A stretch of DNA of 64,000 nt from Octopus vulgaris (lineage: Eukaryota): positions 63,364,001 to 63,428,000 of the forward strand of contig OX597827.1 of NCBI GenBank assembly GCA_951406725.2, given 5' to 3'. The number at the start of each line of letters is the position of its first letter. The stretch's first letter is position 1. Below the pieces are notes generated by a model, which saw only the letters and a program-made list of their open reading frames with translations, made no database searches and was not told the origin of the DNA. The translations under genes were made by a program, and so were the position numbers. Below are positions 38,493-51,354 of the stretch, piece by piece.

Positions 38493-39745
38493 GATCATGG
38501 GATGATATGTCACAAACTACGTGACCTTGGTATCAGTGGAAAACTGGGAGAGTGGCTGCACGACTTTTAAAGGACAAACGTCAGACATTTGCAGCCAACG
38601 GTGCTCTCTCTAGGGAGATATCCTCAGCGGAGTTCCTCAGGGAACTGTACTGGGACCATTACTGTTTGTAGCAGCTCTCTCAGTCATGCCGTAAGTCGTA
38701 CAGTTAGCCATTCCCATCAGCTACGCTGATAATACAAGAGTATCTCAGGCGGTCAAGGACCCCGATGATATAGTAAAACTACAAAATGACCTGCATGCAG
38801 TATATAGATTGAAAATAACATGCAGTTCAATGCTGATAAGCTTCAAGCGCCCTACAATCGGCCCACAAACAGACTACAATCAGAATACATAGGACCAGAG
38901 TTAGAATCCCAGAGTTAGAATCGGTGTGTGACCTGGGAATCCACATGAGCAGTGATGCAGCGTTCTATGTGCATATTGCTAGAATGGCAACACTGCGCAG
39001 ACGGGCAGATAGATGGATCCTTAGATTGTTCAGAACCAGATATAAGGATACCTTGCTACTACTACGGAGGACATTTGTCCGCAGTCATCTGGATTACTGC
39101 TCCCAACTGTGATCGACGCAGAGCATCGAATTGTTGACGGAACTTGAGGCAACCCAGCATCACTACATGAAGAAGATTGACTCGGTTAAACAGATGAGCT
39201 ATTTTGGAGAGGCTACAACAACTGAAGCTTCACTCCTTGGATAGAAGGCGAGAAAGGTATGCAGTGATATACATATGGAAGATTCTTGAAAATCTAGCTC
39301 CCAACTTTGGAATTAAAAGTTATATCAACCACCGAACTAGACGGCACTGCATAATACAAAAGATACCGTCTTCTTCATCTCAGATAAGGGCCCAATATTG
39401 CAACAGCATGGGTTTCAGGGGACCTTGAACTGTTTAGCATCTTGCCAATGAATCCAAGACATATGCAAGGTGTAAGGTGTGGAAACTTCAAACCCAAGAT
39501 ATCTGCAAGGTGTGGAACTCAAGACATCTGCAAGGTGTGGAAACGTTCAAAAAGAACCTGGACAAATTTCTGTCTGGAATCTCAGATGAGCTCATATCGC
39601 AGCAGGAGACACAAGGAAGAACAGCTTCGTCCAACTCGCTTCTTCGTCCAAAACAGTACTGAAAGGAAAACCGAAAACACTAAAAGGCGGCGCCCTAGCA
39701 TGGTCCTAGCCCCAAGTTGAAATCAGTAAAAGAATAAGAGAATAA
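38493..39745 (+). pseudogene. 5'-truncated CR1/L2-group LINE (RT C-terminal half and 3' tail)
   Basis: Translates DHGMICHKLRDLGISGKLGEWL, SGVPQGTVLGPLLF, SYADNT, FVRSHLDYCSQL and ERLQQLKLHSLDRRRERY. Has many stops and frameshifts. Tail AAGGCGGCGCCCTAGCATGG...TGAAATCAGTAAAAGA. Confidence 0.9.
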
Positions 39746-39787
39746 TATATATAAATATGTGTGTGTGTGTGCGAGTGTGTATAACGC

Positions 39788-39895
39788 ATACATCGCTACA
39801 GCAGTACATAGGCTAAAATTGGAACTATACAGGGAGGATTAGCATGGCTTCTTCGCAAAGATGACACGCAAATTCGTGAAGCGTTCTATATTCTT
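39788..39895 (+). pseudogene. U6: U6 snRNA retrocopy/pseudogene, full length
   Basis: TCGCTACAGCAGTACATAGGCTAAAATTGGAACTATACAGGGAGGATTAGCATGGCTTCTTCGCAAAGATGACACGCAAATTCGTGAAGCGTTCTATATTCTT aligns end-to-end with canonical U6. The ACAGAGA box is mutated to ACAGGGA. Confidence 0.92.
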
Positions 39896-39957
39896 CAAGG
39901 CGGCGCCCCACCGTGGCCGCAGTTTAATGACTAAAGCAAAAGATAAAAGATATATAT

Positions 39958-40368
39958 AGGCGCAGGAGTGGCTGTGTGGTAAGTAGCTTGCTAACCAACA
40001 ACATGGTTCCGGGTTCAGTCCCATTGCGTGGCACCTTGCGCAAGTGTCTTCTGCTATAGCTCCGGGCCGACCAATGCCTTGTGAGTGGATTTGGTAGACG
40101 GAAACTGAAAGAAGCCTGTCGTATATATGTATATGTGTATGTGTGTGTGTTTGTGTGTGTGTGTTTGTCTCCCTAGCATTGCTTGACAACCGATGGTGGT
40201 GTGTTTACGTCCCCGTCACTTAGCGGTTCGGCAAAAGAGACCGATGGAATAAGTACTGGGCTTATGAAAAGAATAAGTGCCGGGGTCGATTTGCTCGATT
40301 AAAGGCGGTGCTCCAGCATGGCCGCAGTCAAGTGATTGAAACAAGTAAAAGAGTAAAGAGTAAGAGTA
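39958..40368 (+). mobile_element. Full-length CORE-type SINE
   Basis: Head GGCGCAGGAGTGGCTGTGTGGTAAG and tail AAGGCGGTGCTCCAGCATGGCCGCAGTC. Confidence 0.92.
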
Positions 40369-40745
40369 TAGTGCAGGTATCGTAATAAGCTCCTCTAGAG
40401 AACACAGCTATATCAGTCGCCGAAGCATTCAATTACAACGTAGTGTAGTGTAAAGGATTCATATAGTTGAAAATCCAGATAATCCGAGCGATAAAATTAC
40501 TCTATGAGGAGAATATAAAATCATAAAGTCCGGATGTATGAGACGTGAATATGTAATTATTTAACCACGTGACTTCCATACGTTTACGGTCGTTTCGCAA
40601 TCTCTTTCATGTAGTTTTAATTATTAACTTCAGTATGAAAGAAATTATGCTTACATGTATGTATGTATGTATGTATGTATGTATGTATGTATGTATGTAT
40701 GTATGTATGTATGTATGTATGTATGTATGAATGTATGTATGTATG

Positions 40746-40798
<53 letters not shown>

Positions 40799-40867
40799 AT
40801 ACACACATTCATTTCTCATGCCTTCTGACTTAATGATATATATATATATATATATGCACTTATACGA

Positions 40868-40910
<43 letters not shown>

Positions 40911-40920
40911 CATACATACA

Positions 40921-41006
<86 letters not shown>

Positions 41007-41204
41007 GCATAAATAGAATTTGAAAATGCACGGAGAGTAGTTAAAATATTTTTTTAATAATATATTTAAAGCTTTAACCGGTTTCACAGTTTACACTGAT
41101 TTTCAAAAAGTTCAAACAGAAATATGTGGCTTATGTCGCAGCTGTCTTGCTTCTGATAAGTGCTTGAAGTTTGTCCTGCTTTTGTAGGGAGTTTATGGCT
41201 CATA

Positions 41205-41488
41205 TTAACATGCTATGTTGATATTCGCAGCAGTTTGGGAGGCATTGTGCCCAAACTTGAACTTATGCAAGAAAAGTAAGCAAATGTCCTTTTTAGTCAT
41301 GTTCATAATTAAGGACGTACAGGCTTCGAGAATGTTTTCTATCTAAACTAAGTAGAAAATTATTAAAGAGCATACATTAATTATTAAGTATGTCGAAACT
41401 CACTTAAAATGTCATTAAAATACTACGATAAAGTTGCGTATCGAAACACAACACTTAGAGTGGCCATTATTTTCGGAACAATCTAGTA
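41205..41488 (-). pseudogene. Mariner 5' end: TIR plus transposase N-terminus
   Basis: TA-CTAGATTGTTCCGAAAATAATGG is TIR-like. MNMTKKDICLLFLHKFKFGHNASQTAANINIA matches the mariner HTH start. Confidence 0.7.
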
Positions 41489-41495
41489 CATATAT

Positions 41496-42105
41496 ATCGT
41501 GATGTAAATATGCCATTTGAATATGGCTAACCCCTAAGGGTGGATGCTACTGTAGTTTTTAGCCCCAGGAAGACATCTCCTCCAGCTGGCTATAGACACA
41601 CTTTCTGTGTCCTATCAGTATTTGCAAAGGGATGCCATCCTTCCCGTCTTCAACTTATGATACACACGGACCCGAGTTTCAAGATTCAAATGGCATATTT
41701 ACATCACGATGTGTTTCTGCTACTGTTGATAACTCACTCTGATATTTATCATTGTTTGATTTCACTTTTTCAATATCAGTGTCACTGAACACTGGAAAAA
41801 GTATATGTATTTGTAGAGAGAACCTCCGTCCTATCGACAACTGTGATTGTCACACGCTGATGATAGGTCAATACCTTGAAACTCGGGTCCGTGTGTATCA
41901 TAAGTTGAAGACGGGAAGGATGGCTTCCCTTTGCAAATACTGATAGGGCACAGAAAGTGTGTCTATAGCCAGCTGGAGGAGATGTCTTCCTGGGGCTAAA
42001 AACTACAGTAGCATCCACCCTTAGGGGTTAGCCATATTCAAATGGCATATTTACATCACGATGTGTTTCTGGTACTGTTGATAACTCACTCTGATATTTA
42101 TCATT
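41496..42105 (+). mobile_element. Penelope/retrozyme-like non-autonomous element with inverted and partial-tandem ends
   Basis: 188-bp inverted repeat (41496-41683 vs 41875-42062), 70-bp direct repeat (41684-41753 vs 42036-42105), and a hammerhead inside. Flanked by TA repeats. Confidence 0.8.
41851..41895 (+). ncRNA. Type I hammerhead ribozyme
   Basis: Stem I CACACG/CGTGTG, core CTGATGA, stem II AGGT-CAAT-ACCT, GAAA, mini stem III AC-TCGG-GT, and predicted cleavage GUC^ after 41889. Confidence 0.8.
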
Positions 42106-42106
42106 C

Positions 42107-42140
<34 letters not shown>

Positions 42141-42200
42141 ATGTATGTATGTATGTATGTATATATATATACATATATATGTATATATGTATGTATATAT

Positions 42201-42770
42201 TACCTTTAACAGGTAATTTTTACATGCTAGGAGAAGCAGTCAAAACGACCAAAGCCACATTTAAGAGCAATTTTCAGAAGGGAATGAAATATAAAAACTT
42301 TTACCTTATTTTTTTACGGTTATACCGAGGTTTCACATTTCTTCAGCAAATAAAATAATTTGCTAGGCGAACCCTCATCAGTAACCGTGCCATAACAATT
42401 AATATATAATTTACAAAAAAATAACACGTGTCTCATCATTATATGTTATATTTTTTAAAAGTTCACTGCGCAAGCGCAGTTTCAGTCGGCAGTAAATGTA
42501 AAGTGCCGAACCGATCTTGGAAATGCCAAAATCATATTCGTAGATATATAGGATGGTGAATAGCTTTAGAAATTTCACCATAGTGGCCTAGCATGTATAA
42601 AAAGTCAATAGACAACATATTCTCAATATAAAATAGTGTACATTTAAACACAAGAGAAAACTACCTTTAACAGAAGAAGCCAGGCAAAGCGACCAAAATG
42701 TGGTTTTGGTCGTTTTGACTGCTTCTTCTAGCGTGTAAAAATTACCTGTTAAAGGTAGTTTTCTCTTGTT
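42201..42770 (-). mobile_element. Second Penelope-pLTR-like element with inverted end and hammerhead
   Basis: 62-bp inverted repeat at 42201-42262 vs 42696-42757. TACCTTTAACAG is repeated at 42201 and 42662. Confidence 0.7.
42316..42388 (-). ncRNA. Type I hammerhead ribozyme with extended stem II
   Basis: ACGGTTA-CTGATGA-[GGGTTCGCCTAGCAAATTATTTTATTTGCTGAAGAAATGT]-GAAA-CCTCGG-TA^TAACCGT. Stem I is a perfect 7 bp. Confidence 0.7.
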
Positions 42771-43204
42771 CCGGGTTCAGTCCCACTGACTACTGGCATC
42801 GATTCATTCGATTAATGATTCTTCATGGTGGTACCCCTGCATGGCCGCAGTCTAATGACTAAAACAAGTAAAAGATAAAAGATACAAGATAATATATAAT
42901 ACTTACATAAATACATGTATACAAACACACACACACACACACATATAGACATATGATAACTAAACGGATACCATCATCTTTGAATAATTTCTTGACACAA
43001 GATAATGTCATTTGATGCGTTTAAATACTTAATCCAGTATTAAGTGAGCATGCCTCGAACATTAACAACTTTGAAGCACCAGGTAGCATCCACTCGGATA
43101 AAGCGGTATACCGAGGTATGTCTATATACATTTAAAGTGCGCGCGCGTGTGTGTGTAAGTTTGTGTGTGCTTGTGTAAGAGAAAGAGAGAGAGAGAATGC
43201 ATGT

Positions 43205-43699
43205 ATATGTAAGTATCACTAAGTTGAGAACAGCAAATTTCTTTGCTGTTACTTCTAACTTTACTATAGATAAATGTAAGCCATATGAAAAGCATATATA
43301 TATTAACATAGTTTCCAGAAACCTAATCAATACTATCAGTAGCAGAATCTCTAAACCATCGTCAAATAAAGAAATATTCGGCAATGCTGCATCCTGATAT
43401 AACAAATGACTAGAAGCTAGAGAATATAAAGATAAGATTAAACATACCCCTATCCCATGGCTACCCGCTAACAAACATAATACGCTTAATATAATCTGGC
43501 TCACACCTTCCTTCTTCTCTTTAAATGTTAGATATAACATAGAAAGATACTTCCTAGCTTTAATAAATAAACACTTCCCCCTTAACCACCATTACAGGAA
43601 ATTACTTAATAGAAATTACTTTAAACCGAGTCACAGTTATACTACCAATATGATAAACGTGTTCACAGGTAATTCAACAAAAGCAACAATGACAAGCTG

Positions 43700-43700
<1 letters not shown>
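43205..43700 (+). pseudogene. Penelope-like element ORF remnant (RT thumb/linker region)
   Basis: Translates NLINTISSRISKPSSNKEIFGNAA...NIIWLTPSF-SLNVRYNIERYFLALINKHFPLNHHYRKLLNRN...SHSYTTNM. Compare PLE-type IIWFNPP...FL.LI.KHFP...FNRN...SYSC..NM. Confidence 0.8.
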
Positions 43701-43746
<46 letters not shown>

Positions 43747-43771
43747 TCCGTTTTCTGCCTCTATCATTTGT

Positions 43772-43856
<85 letters not shown>

Positions 43857-44769
43857 TTTTGTAAGTATGTATGTGTATATGAGTTTGATGTGTTTATAAG
43901 TAGTGAACCTTTTGTATCTTTTGTTCTCGTGTTCTATCCTATCCTATACTGAAATATCAGCCCTCTTAGGGCTGAACTTTTTTTGGGGGCCCTCGGTTTC
44001 TTGCTTTATGATGGTTTGATGTATACATTATATCGTACAATGATATTGCATGATTGTTCTTCATAGGAATTCTAATTCTTGTAAGGATAATACTTGTTTA
44101 AGGGTTTCTAGTTTATGGAAGTTTTGTTGCATAATATATCAAAATTCAACTTATCTCACTCTCCGCTTTCTCTTTCTCTCTCACCTTCTCCTCCTCTCCC
44201 CCTCTCACTCACACCCACTTTGTGAAGATCATGTCTTTAAAACACACCTTTTGTTTTCCATCACATGCATACACACATTAACTTTAGAAAATTATATTTC
44301 CATTTCATTTAGTTAGTCCAAAGGGAGTAATAAATTATAATAAATTATCCACAAGTTGTTACTTGCCAGCTATAAGTCGTACGTCTCCCGATAGATTGAT
44401 CTAGAAATGAGTCTTCTTTTGCTAGCTGAAAAATTTTATCTGCGCACGCAACGACTACAAATAATAGCAGTAGTTAGCTAACTGAACTCGTTGATTCCTG
44501 GCCGTGAACAGTTTGTTGTCTGTTCACCGGCTCAGCATAAGTCATGTCTACCACCGATTCAATAAGTTCGTTTGCCGAAATAGTTCTCATCTCCGATGCT
44601 GTATCGCGTAATTGCAGCGTAACCCTTGCTCGGATGTTTATCGCATGCAAGGCCTTGGAAAGGAGCTACCTGTGATTTGATCCGGATAGGGAGTAATAGG
44701 AAGTAACCAATACCTTTTCAATATTTTTTTCTTTTTTTTAATTTAGTACAGCGAAATATTATACACCAA

Positions 44770-45005
44770 TCTCTAGAATGTATGAGTGTGTGTGTTTGTC
44801 TGTGTCTGTATGTGTGTATCACTAAAACTCGAGAACTACCAAACCAATTTCATTCAAATTCTACACATGCCTTACTTAGGGTTCATGGAGTGTCATAGGT
44901 CAAAAAAATTTTCAACTTCTTGCCTAATGCGAGCCCGTAGCAATCTTTTATCTCTTAGACTGTTTCGGTATTACGTGTCAAAAGTCAAACAATAACATCT
45001 CTATT
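44770..45005 (+). mobile_element. Probable Helitron-type non-autonomous 5' fragment
   Basis: A|TC start, TG/TGTC microsatellite, then AACTACCAAACCAATTTTCATTCAAATT, a pattern typical of such elements. No 3' end seen. Confidence 0.35.
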
Positions 45006-45152
45006 CGGGTCTGATGATTGCTACGGGTCAAATTCTACATTATGGAACTCTTTGTAATGAACTATTAATAGTAAGAAACTATTCAATATTTAACTTCCAT
45101 ATCTGTATGAGTACTCTGAGTATAACAAGCTCACAATGTACATATATATATA

Positions 45153-45237
<85 letters not shown>

Positions 45238-45786
45238 GTGGGCACATAAGTGGAAAAAAAGGTGGAAGAGCTAGCGTTGGTAAGAATAAGTTACTAAAAT
45301 AGAGGATGAAATTCAAGCGATTGGTTTGCTACAATGCAAGCACGCCTGCCACGTCTACAAAAGTCACGGGTTCGAATACCTTCAATTCTTTTTTCTATCC
45401 TGCAGTCAATATCTTCATGTTATTATTTGTAGCTTTATACCTATGCGCTTCGAGATATCCCAAAACAGAAGAAATATGATATACTTTTATACACACAAAC
45501 ACGCACACATATATATATCCATATGTGTGTGTGTGTGTGTGTTTGTGTTTGTATGTATGTATATATATATATATATATAATAATAATAAATCAGAGGAAA
45601 ATTCAATTTAGTATTAAATCAAATTTCACAGTATAAATATATAAAATATAAATTAGAGATAAAACCACTATTATGCAACACAAACAGTGATAGCCATAAA
45701 CCAATACATAAATAACAAATGATATATATTTTTATAAAACATATAACGAATAACTAGATCTCAAAAAGTATAAAAATGAATTATCA

Positions 45787-45817
<31 letters not shown>

Positions 45818-45928
45818 GGCCTGTCCACCGAGCTAGCGGGTATCATCATTCGAAATCTATAACAATAAGAGTAGGCGCATTGTGACTAATGATATATAAC
45901 AACATCCGATAGTTTGGTCAATACAGTG

Positions 45929-45984
<56 letters not shown>

Positions 45985-46312
45985 ACACGCGTCATGCGAT
46001 AATGCAGTTGTATGATACGTTTTCACAATAAAAATGGCCGCCGTGTTAGACACAAGTTACAACTTTACAACTCTTAAAAAAAAAACACAGGGCCATGTTT
46101 CCTTTCATTCGCCCCCCAAGTTAAAGAGAATGTGTAATGAAGAAAGAATGACGGAGAAGACGAAGGAGATGCTGGGGGTGACGGTAGTGTGTTTGTGGCG
46201 ATGGTGTGATGTATTTGGTGTGACGGTGGGGGAAGCAGAAACAGCCAAAGTATGATGACGGTAACGATGATGAAGATGAGGAAATGAAGGTTACCAAGAA
46301 AAAAATATATAC

Positions 46313-46458
<146 letters not shown>

Positions 46459-46499
46459 ATTTATATATATATATTTATATATAATTATATATATATATG

Positions 46500-46551
<52 letters not shown>

Positions 46552-46577
46552 TGTGCATATATATATATATATATACC

Positions 46578-46628
<51 letters not shown>

Positions 46629-47502
46629 TTTCTTCGCTTATTTTAAACCTAACTTTGTTTATGTCCCTTATTTTAACTCTGAAACAAAGAACGGTTTGAA
46701 GGGATGATGAAGACAATAACAACTGGTTCCCGGCGGCGCAGACGAATCTAGAAGGGGAAAAAAAGGACCTCGTCTCTACGAGGCATAACATGGAGGATTT
46801 TTCAGGGATCCTTGCTATTGCTACCTTTCTTACACTGATTTATCAAAGTTGTTATGGTTTGCCCTCATTATCACCATCTCATCCACCACCTGTACTACCA
46901 TCATCACCACAGTCTTTTCCTTCTCCTTTTTTCCTTTGACTCTTCTTCCTCTTCCTCTTCCTCTTCCTCCTCCTCCTCCACTTGCATATTCTCATTTGTC
47001 TTCGGGTATTCTTTCGCTTAATTTTTTTTTCTTTCAAAGGGTTGGTTACACACGCGCGGGCACACACAGACACATACGCATACTAATACTCGCACACACA
47101 AATTCACACACATTTTTTTATATCTATGTATATACATGTGTGTGCCTATATGTCTATATATCATTTATCTATGCATATGTTTATAAACATCTTCAAACAT
47201 ACACCCTCCCCACACATATATATATATAAATTTATATACATATATATATATAAATGCATGTGTGTGTATATATATATATGTATACATATATATTATACAT
47301 ATATATATATATATATATAAATTTATAAATATATATATATAAATTTATATATATATATATATAAATATATATATATTAAATATATACATTTAAATTTATA
47401 TATATACATGCGTGTATGTATGTGTATATATATATATATAAAGATAGATATATATATGTATATATATATACATATATGTATATATATATGTATGTATACA
47501 CA

Positions 47503-47557
<55 letters not shown>

Positions 47558-47991
47558 TTATATATATAACGTTAAGTTTAAATTTAATTAAAAACTGCTC
47601 AAAACTTTGCAATATATGACCTTAGAGCTACACAATTTGATTATAAGAATATATTGTCTTTTTTTTTTATTTTTCAGTCATATTCAACCAAATATATATA
47701 ATCTTCATTCGTATGTGTGTGTGACGGAGACGAAGACAGAGACAGAGAAAGAGAGAGAGAGATAGAGAGAGAAAGAGAGAGAGAATGTGTAAGGGTTTAT
47801 TTATATTGTACATATGTGCATAAGCATATATATATTTATGTATGTATAAAATACAATGTATGTATATATACTATATATATATATAATATATACATGTACG
47901 TATACGCATATAAATACATGTTAATACATATTTATCTATACATATATAAATATTTGTACATTTATTTTGATATATATATATGTGTATATGC

Positions 47992-48068
<77 letters not shown>

Positions 48069-48307
48069 TATATATATATATATATATATATAGGCGTATA
48101 CATATATATATATATAAACACACACGCACACATATATGTATTTATAAATGTCTGTCTCTCTCTGTGTATATGTGTATGTGAGTGTGTCTATATATAGATA
48201 TATTTGATTATATGTGTATATATATAAATATGTATATATATGTATGCATATATATATATATATGTATATACATATATATACATATATATATAGCTATATA
48301 GCTATAT

Positions 48308-48373
<66 letters not shown>

Positions 48374-48756
48374 TATATATATATAACTATATATATATAT
48401 ATTTAGCTATTTTGCATTGGTTTAACTTCTACTGGGGGGTTTTTTGGGCTTTTTTTTTGTTGTTGCGCACGAAAAGATAAGAAAGAGAGGAAGAAAAAGA
48501 AACCCCTTTCAATAATTTACGAAAATTAAGAGAGAAGAGCGTGGAGGGGAACGAGAGAGAGTCGGATTGAGACAAAGAGAGACAGAAGGAGAGTGAGAAG
48601 GCGAACGAAAAAAAAAACGAGACAAATAACAACATACATACCCCGCATACCCATACACACATGCACACAAACATATGCATATAATTACGCAAACGGACAT
48701 ACACATACTCGCCAACAATCACACACAAATACAATTTTTTTTTTTTTTTATAATTT

Positions 48757-48791
<35 letters not shown>

Positions 48792-49129
48792 TTCAATTTA
48801 TTCATTTCCTTTAACGCAAATTTAAAAAAATTTTTTTTCCAATTTTATTTTTTTCATTTTTCGTTTTTATTTTTATTTTTGCAATTTTTTTTTTTTTCAA
48901 TTTTTGGTGGTTTTTTGTTTTCTGCTTTGCTTTTTCTTGCGATGTGTGTTGGGTATTGCGCGGGTAGATTTGCGAGTGATTTAAACAAAAACAAAAACAA
49001 AAACCAAAAACAAAAAAATAACATTGTGCAATCACTTGTGTTACCTTCATCATGCTGAGTTCTATAGCTGTTTTGTTTTGTGTGGTTTTGTTTGTTTGTC
49101 GCCTTATTATTGTTGTTTTTTGTAGGTGT

Positions 49130-49310
49130 TGTTATTATTATTATTATTATCATTATTATTATCATCATCATTATTATTATTATTATCATTATTATTATTA
49201 TTATCATTATTATCATATTATTATTATTATTATCATTATTATTATCATTATCATTATTATTATTATCATTATCATTATTAATATTATTATTATTATTATT
49301 ATTATCATCA

Positions 49311-49380
<70 letters not shown>

Positions 49381-49501
49381 TATCATCATCATTATTATTA
49401 TCATTATCATTATTATTATTATCATTATCATTATTAATATTATTATTATTATTATTATTATCATCATCATTATCATTATTAATATTATTATTGTTATTAT
49501 T

Positions 49502-49536
<35 letters not shown>

Positions 49537-49633
49537 TATCATCATCATTATTATTATTGTTATTATTATTATTATTATTATCATTATTATTATTATTATC
49601 ATTATTATTATCATTATTATTACCATCATCATC

Positions 49634-49665
<32 letters not shown>

Positions 49666-49730
49666 CATTATTATTATTATTATCATTATTATTATTATTA
49701 TTATTATTATTGTCGTTGTTGTTGTTGTTT
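49130..49730. repeat. Long (ATT)/(ATC) trinucleotide tract
   Basis: Visible directly in the sequence. Confidence 0.95.
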
Positions 49731-49809
49731 TTCGTATGGGTTGGTGGATGGGGGTGGGTGGAGAGGCGGCGACGGTAACGGAGGAACACCGTTGTATTTC
49801 ATACGACGG

Positions 49810-49925
49810 TGCTGTAGCGTGGCGCGCGGGAGTGGGCAGGAATGGTTTTATACGGCCAGGCAGTAGGATGGTGGTGCAGGTGGTGGTGGTGGCGGCAATG
49901 GCAGGAGGAATGGCGCAATCAGAGT
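49810..49925 (-). promoter_or_regulatory. Candidate Pol II core promoter (TATAAAA 49852-49846; CCAAT-like GCAATCAG ~65 bp upstream)
   Basis: The TATA box is embedded in a GC/CpG-rich unique island, within several kb that lack recognisable SINEs. Confidence 0.4.
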
Positions 49926-50671
49926 GTGGGGGGTGCGGAGGGGTTTGAGGGGTCTGTTACTACTAATTAAAGAAGAAATATGGTATTGGATAATAAAAGC
50001 ACATAAGAACAAAAGAAGTCCAAATCGAAAAAAAAAACACCCCAAAAAAAAAAAAAGGATTTCTCTACTAATTAATCGTGCTGAAGAATCATTTTGTTTG
50101 AAGTTCGTGGGTGTACCAAGAGAAAAAGGGAGAATTTCTACACATTTGTTATTGCCGCCGCCGCCGTTGTTATTATTATTATTATTATTATTGATGTTGT
50201 TGCTGTTGTTGTTATGGTCGTTGATGATGTTAGTATATCATTGCTGTTGTTGATGAAGCTGTTGTCGTTGTCGTTGTCGTAGTCGGCGTTGTTGCGGTCG
50301 TTGACGATGTTGGTGATTGTTGTTGTTGTTGTTGTTATTGTGCTGGTGGTGGTGGTGGTGGTGGTGGTGGTGGTGGTGGTGGTGGTGGTGGTGGTGGTGG
50401 CAGTGGTGGTGGTGGTGGTGGTGGTGGTGGTGGTCGATGTTCGTCTTGTTGTTCCTGGCGTAATGCTTGTTTACAGCAAAGCAAACCATCTGAAACAACA
50501 AGTTGTTTAAACTGCAAAAAAAAAAAAAAATAATAATAATAATAATAATAAAACAAACCAGAAAATCCTTCTTAACCTCCTTCTTCTTCTTCTTTCTTTC
50601 TTTCTTTCTTTTCCTTTTGTACCCCTTTTTTACCGCTTTCTCCCTTCCACTGCAACTACTACTACTACTAT

Positions 50672-50710
<39 letters not shown>

Positions 50711-51354
50711 CGCTACTGCTGCTGCTCTACTCGTTCGCTATCATTTACCTTTTTTTTCTGGGGTGACTCTAATTCCTATTGAGCATATAATCACTGTTCA
50801 TTAAAAAGGTGTTGATGTTGATACTATTGCTACCGTTGTTGTTGTTGTTACTGGTGTTTGGCTTTCCATCATCAGCCACAATCATCACCAAATCAAGACT
50901 TGATTGACTAGAACAATGATCAAAGCCATTCCAGCCTTGACCATCCTTTTTTTTTTTTTGCACATCAACATCTATATTGTCTAAATACTTTCTTCCAGTC
51001 ACAATAAAATAAGGTGTTACGGAAGAAAATTTTGTGGCTTTTTAAATATTTTTAATCAGATGGGACAACCATGTGGAGGCTCCCTTATTAGCTCCATCAA
51101 CAAGTTAATTCAAATGTAGGATTTAGAGAGATTGTAGAAGCTGCAGGTCAATTCCTACTAAACGGAATGAGACGATAAGGCGTAGCTGGTTTGACGCTGA
51201 TGATTTGGCTCGGCTGGCTGGATATTCAGGCTGCTTTGATGACAGTACTTTTTGGCCCTGGGGGCAAGCACACACTCGCAGATGCAGAAACATTCAAATA
51301 CTGCTACAAAGAGGGAGATATATTACAATTTATTAACTGAATACGATTCACATA

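Noticed and set aside
39788-39895. Functional U6 gene
   Set aside because: The ACAGAGA box and internal stem-loop are mutated, there is no clean T-run terminator, and no upstream PSE/TATA context was recognised.
46640-46750. Possible second exon (CTTCTAG|ATTCGTCTGCGC...) of the putative leftward gene
   Set aside because: In-frame stop after 24 codons and no homology recognised.
50238-50512. Minus-strand exon after TTTTTTGCAG (FKQLVVSDG.../LFQMVCFAVNK... frames)
   Set aside because: It runs straight into trinucleotide repeats, with no recognisable domain or donor site.
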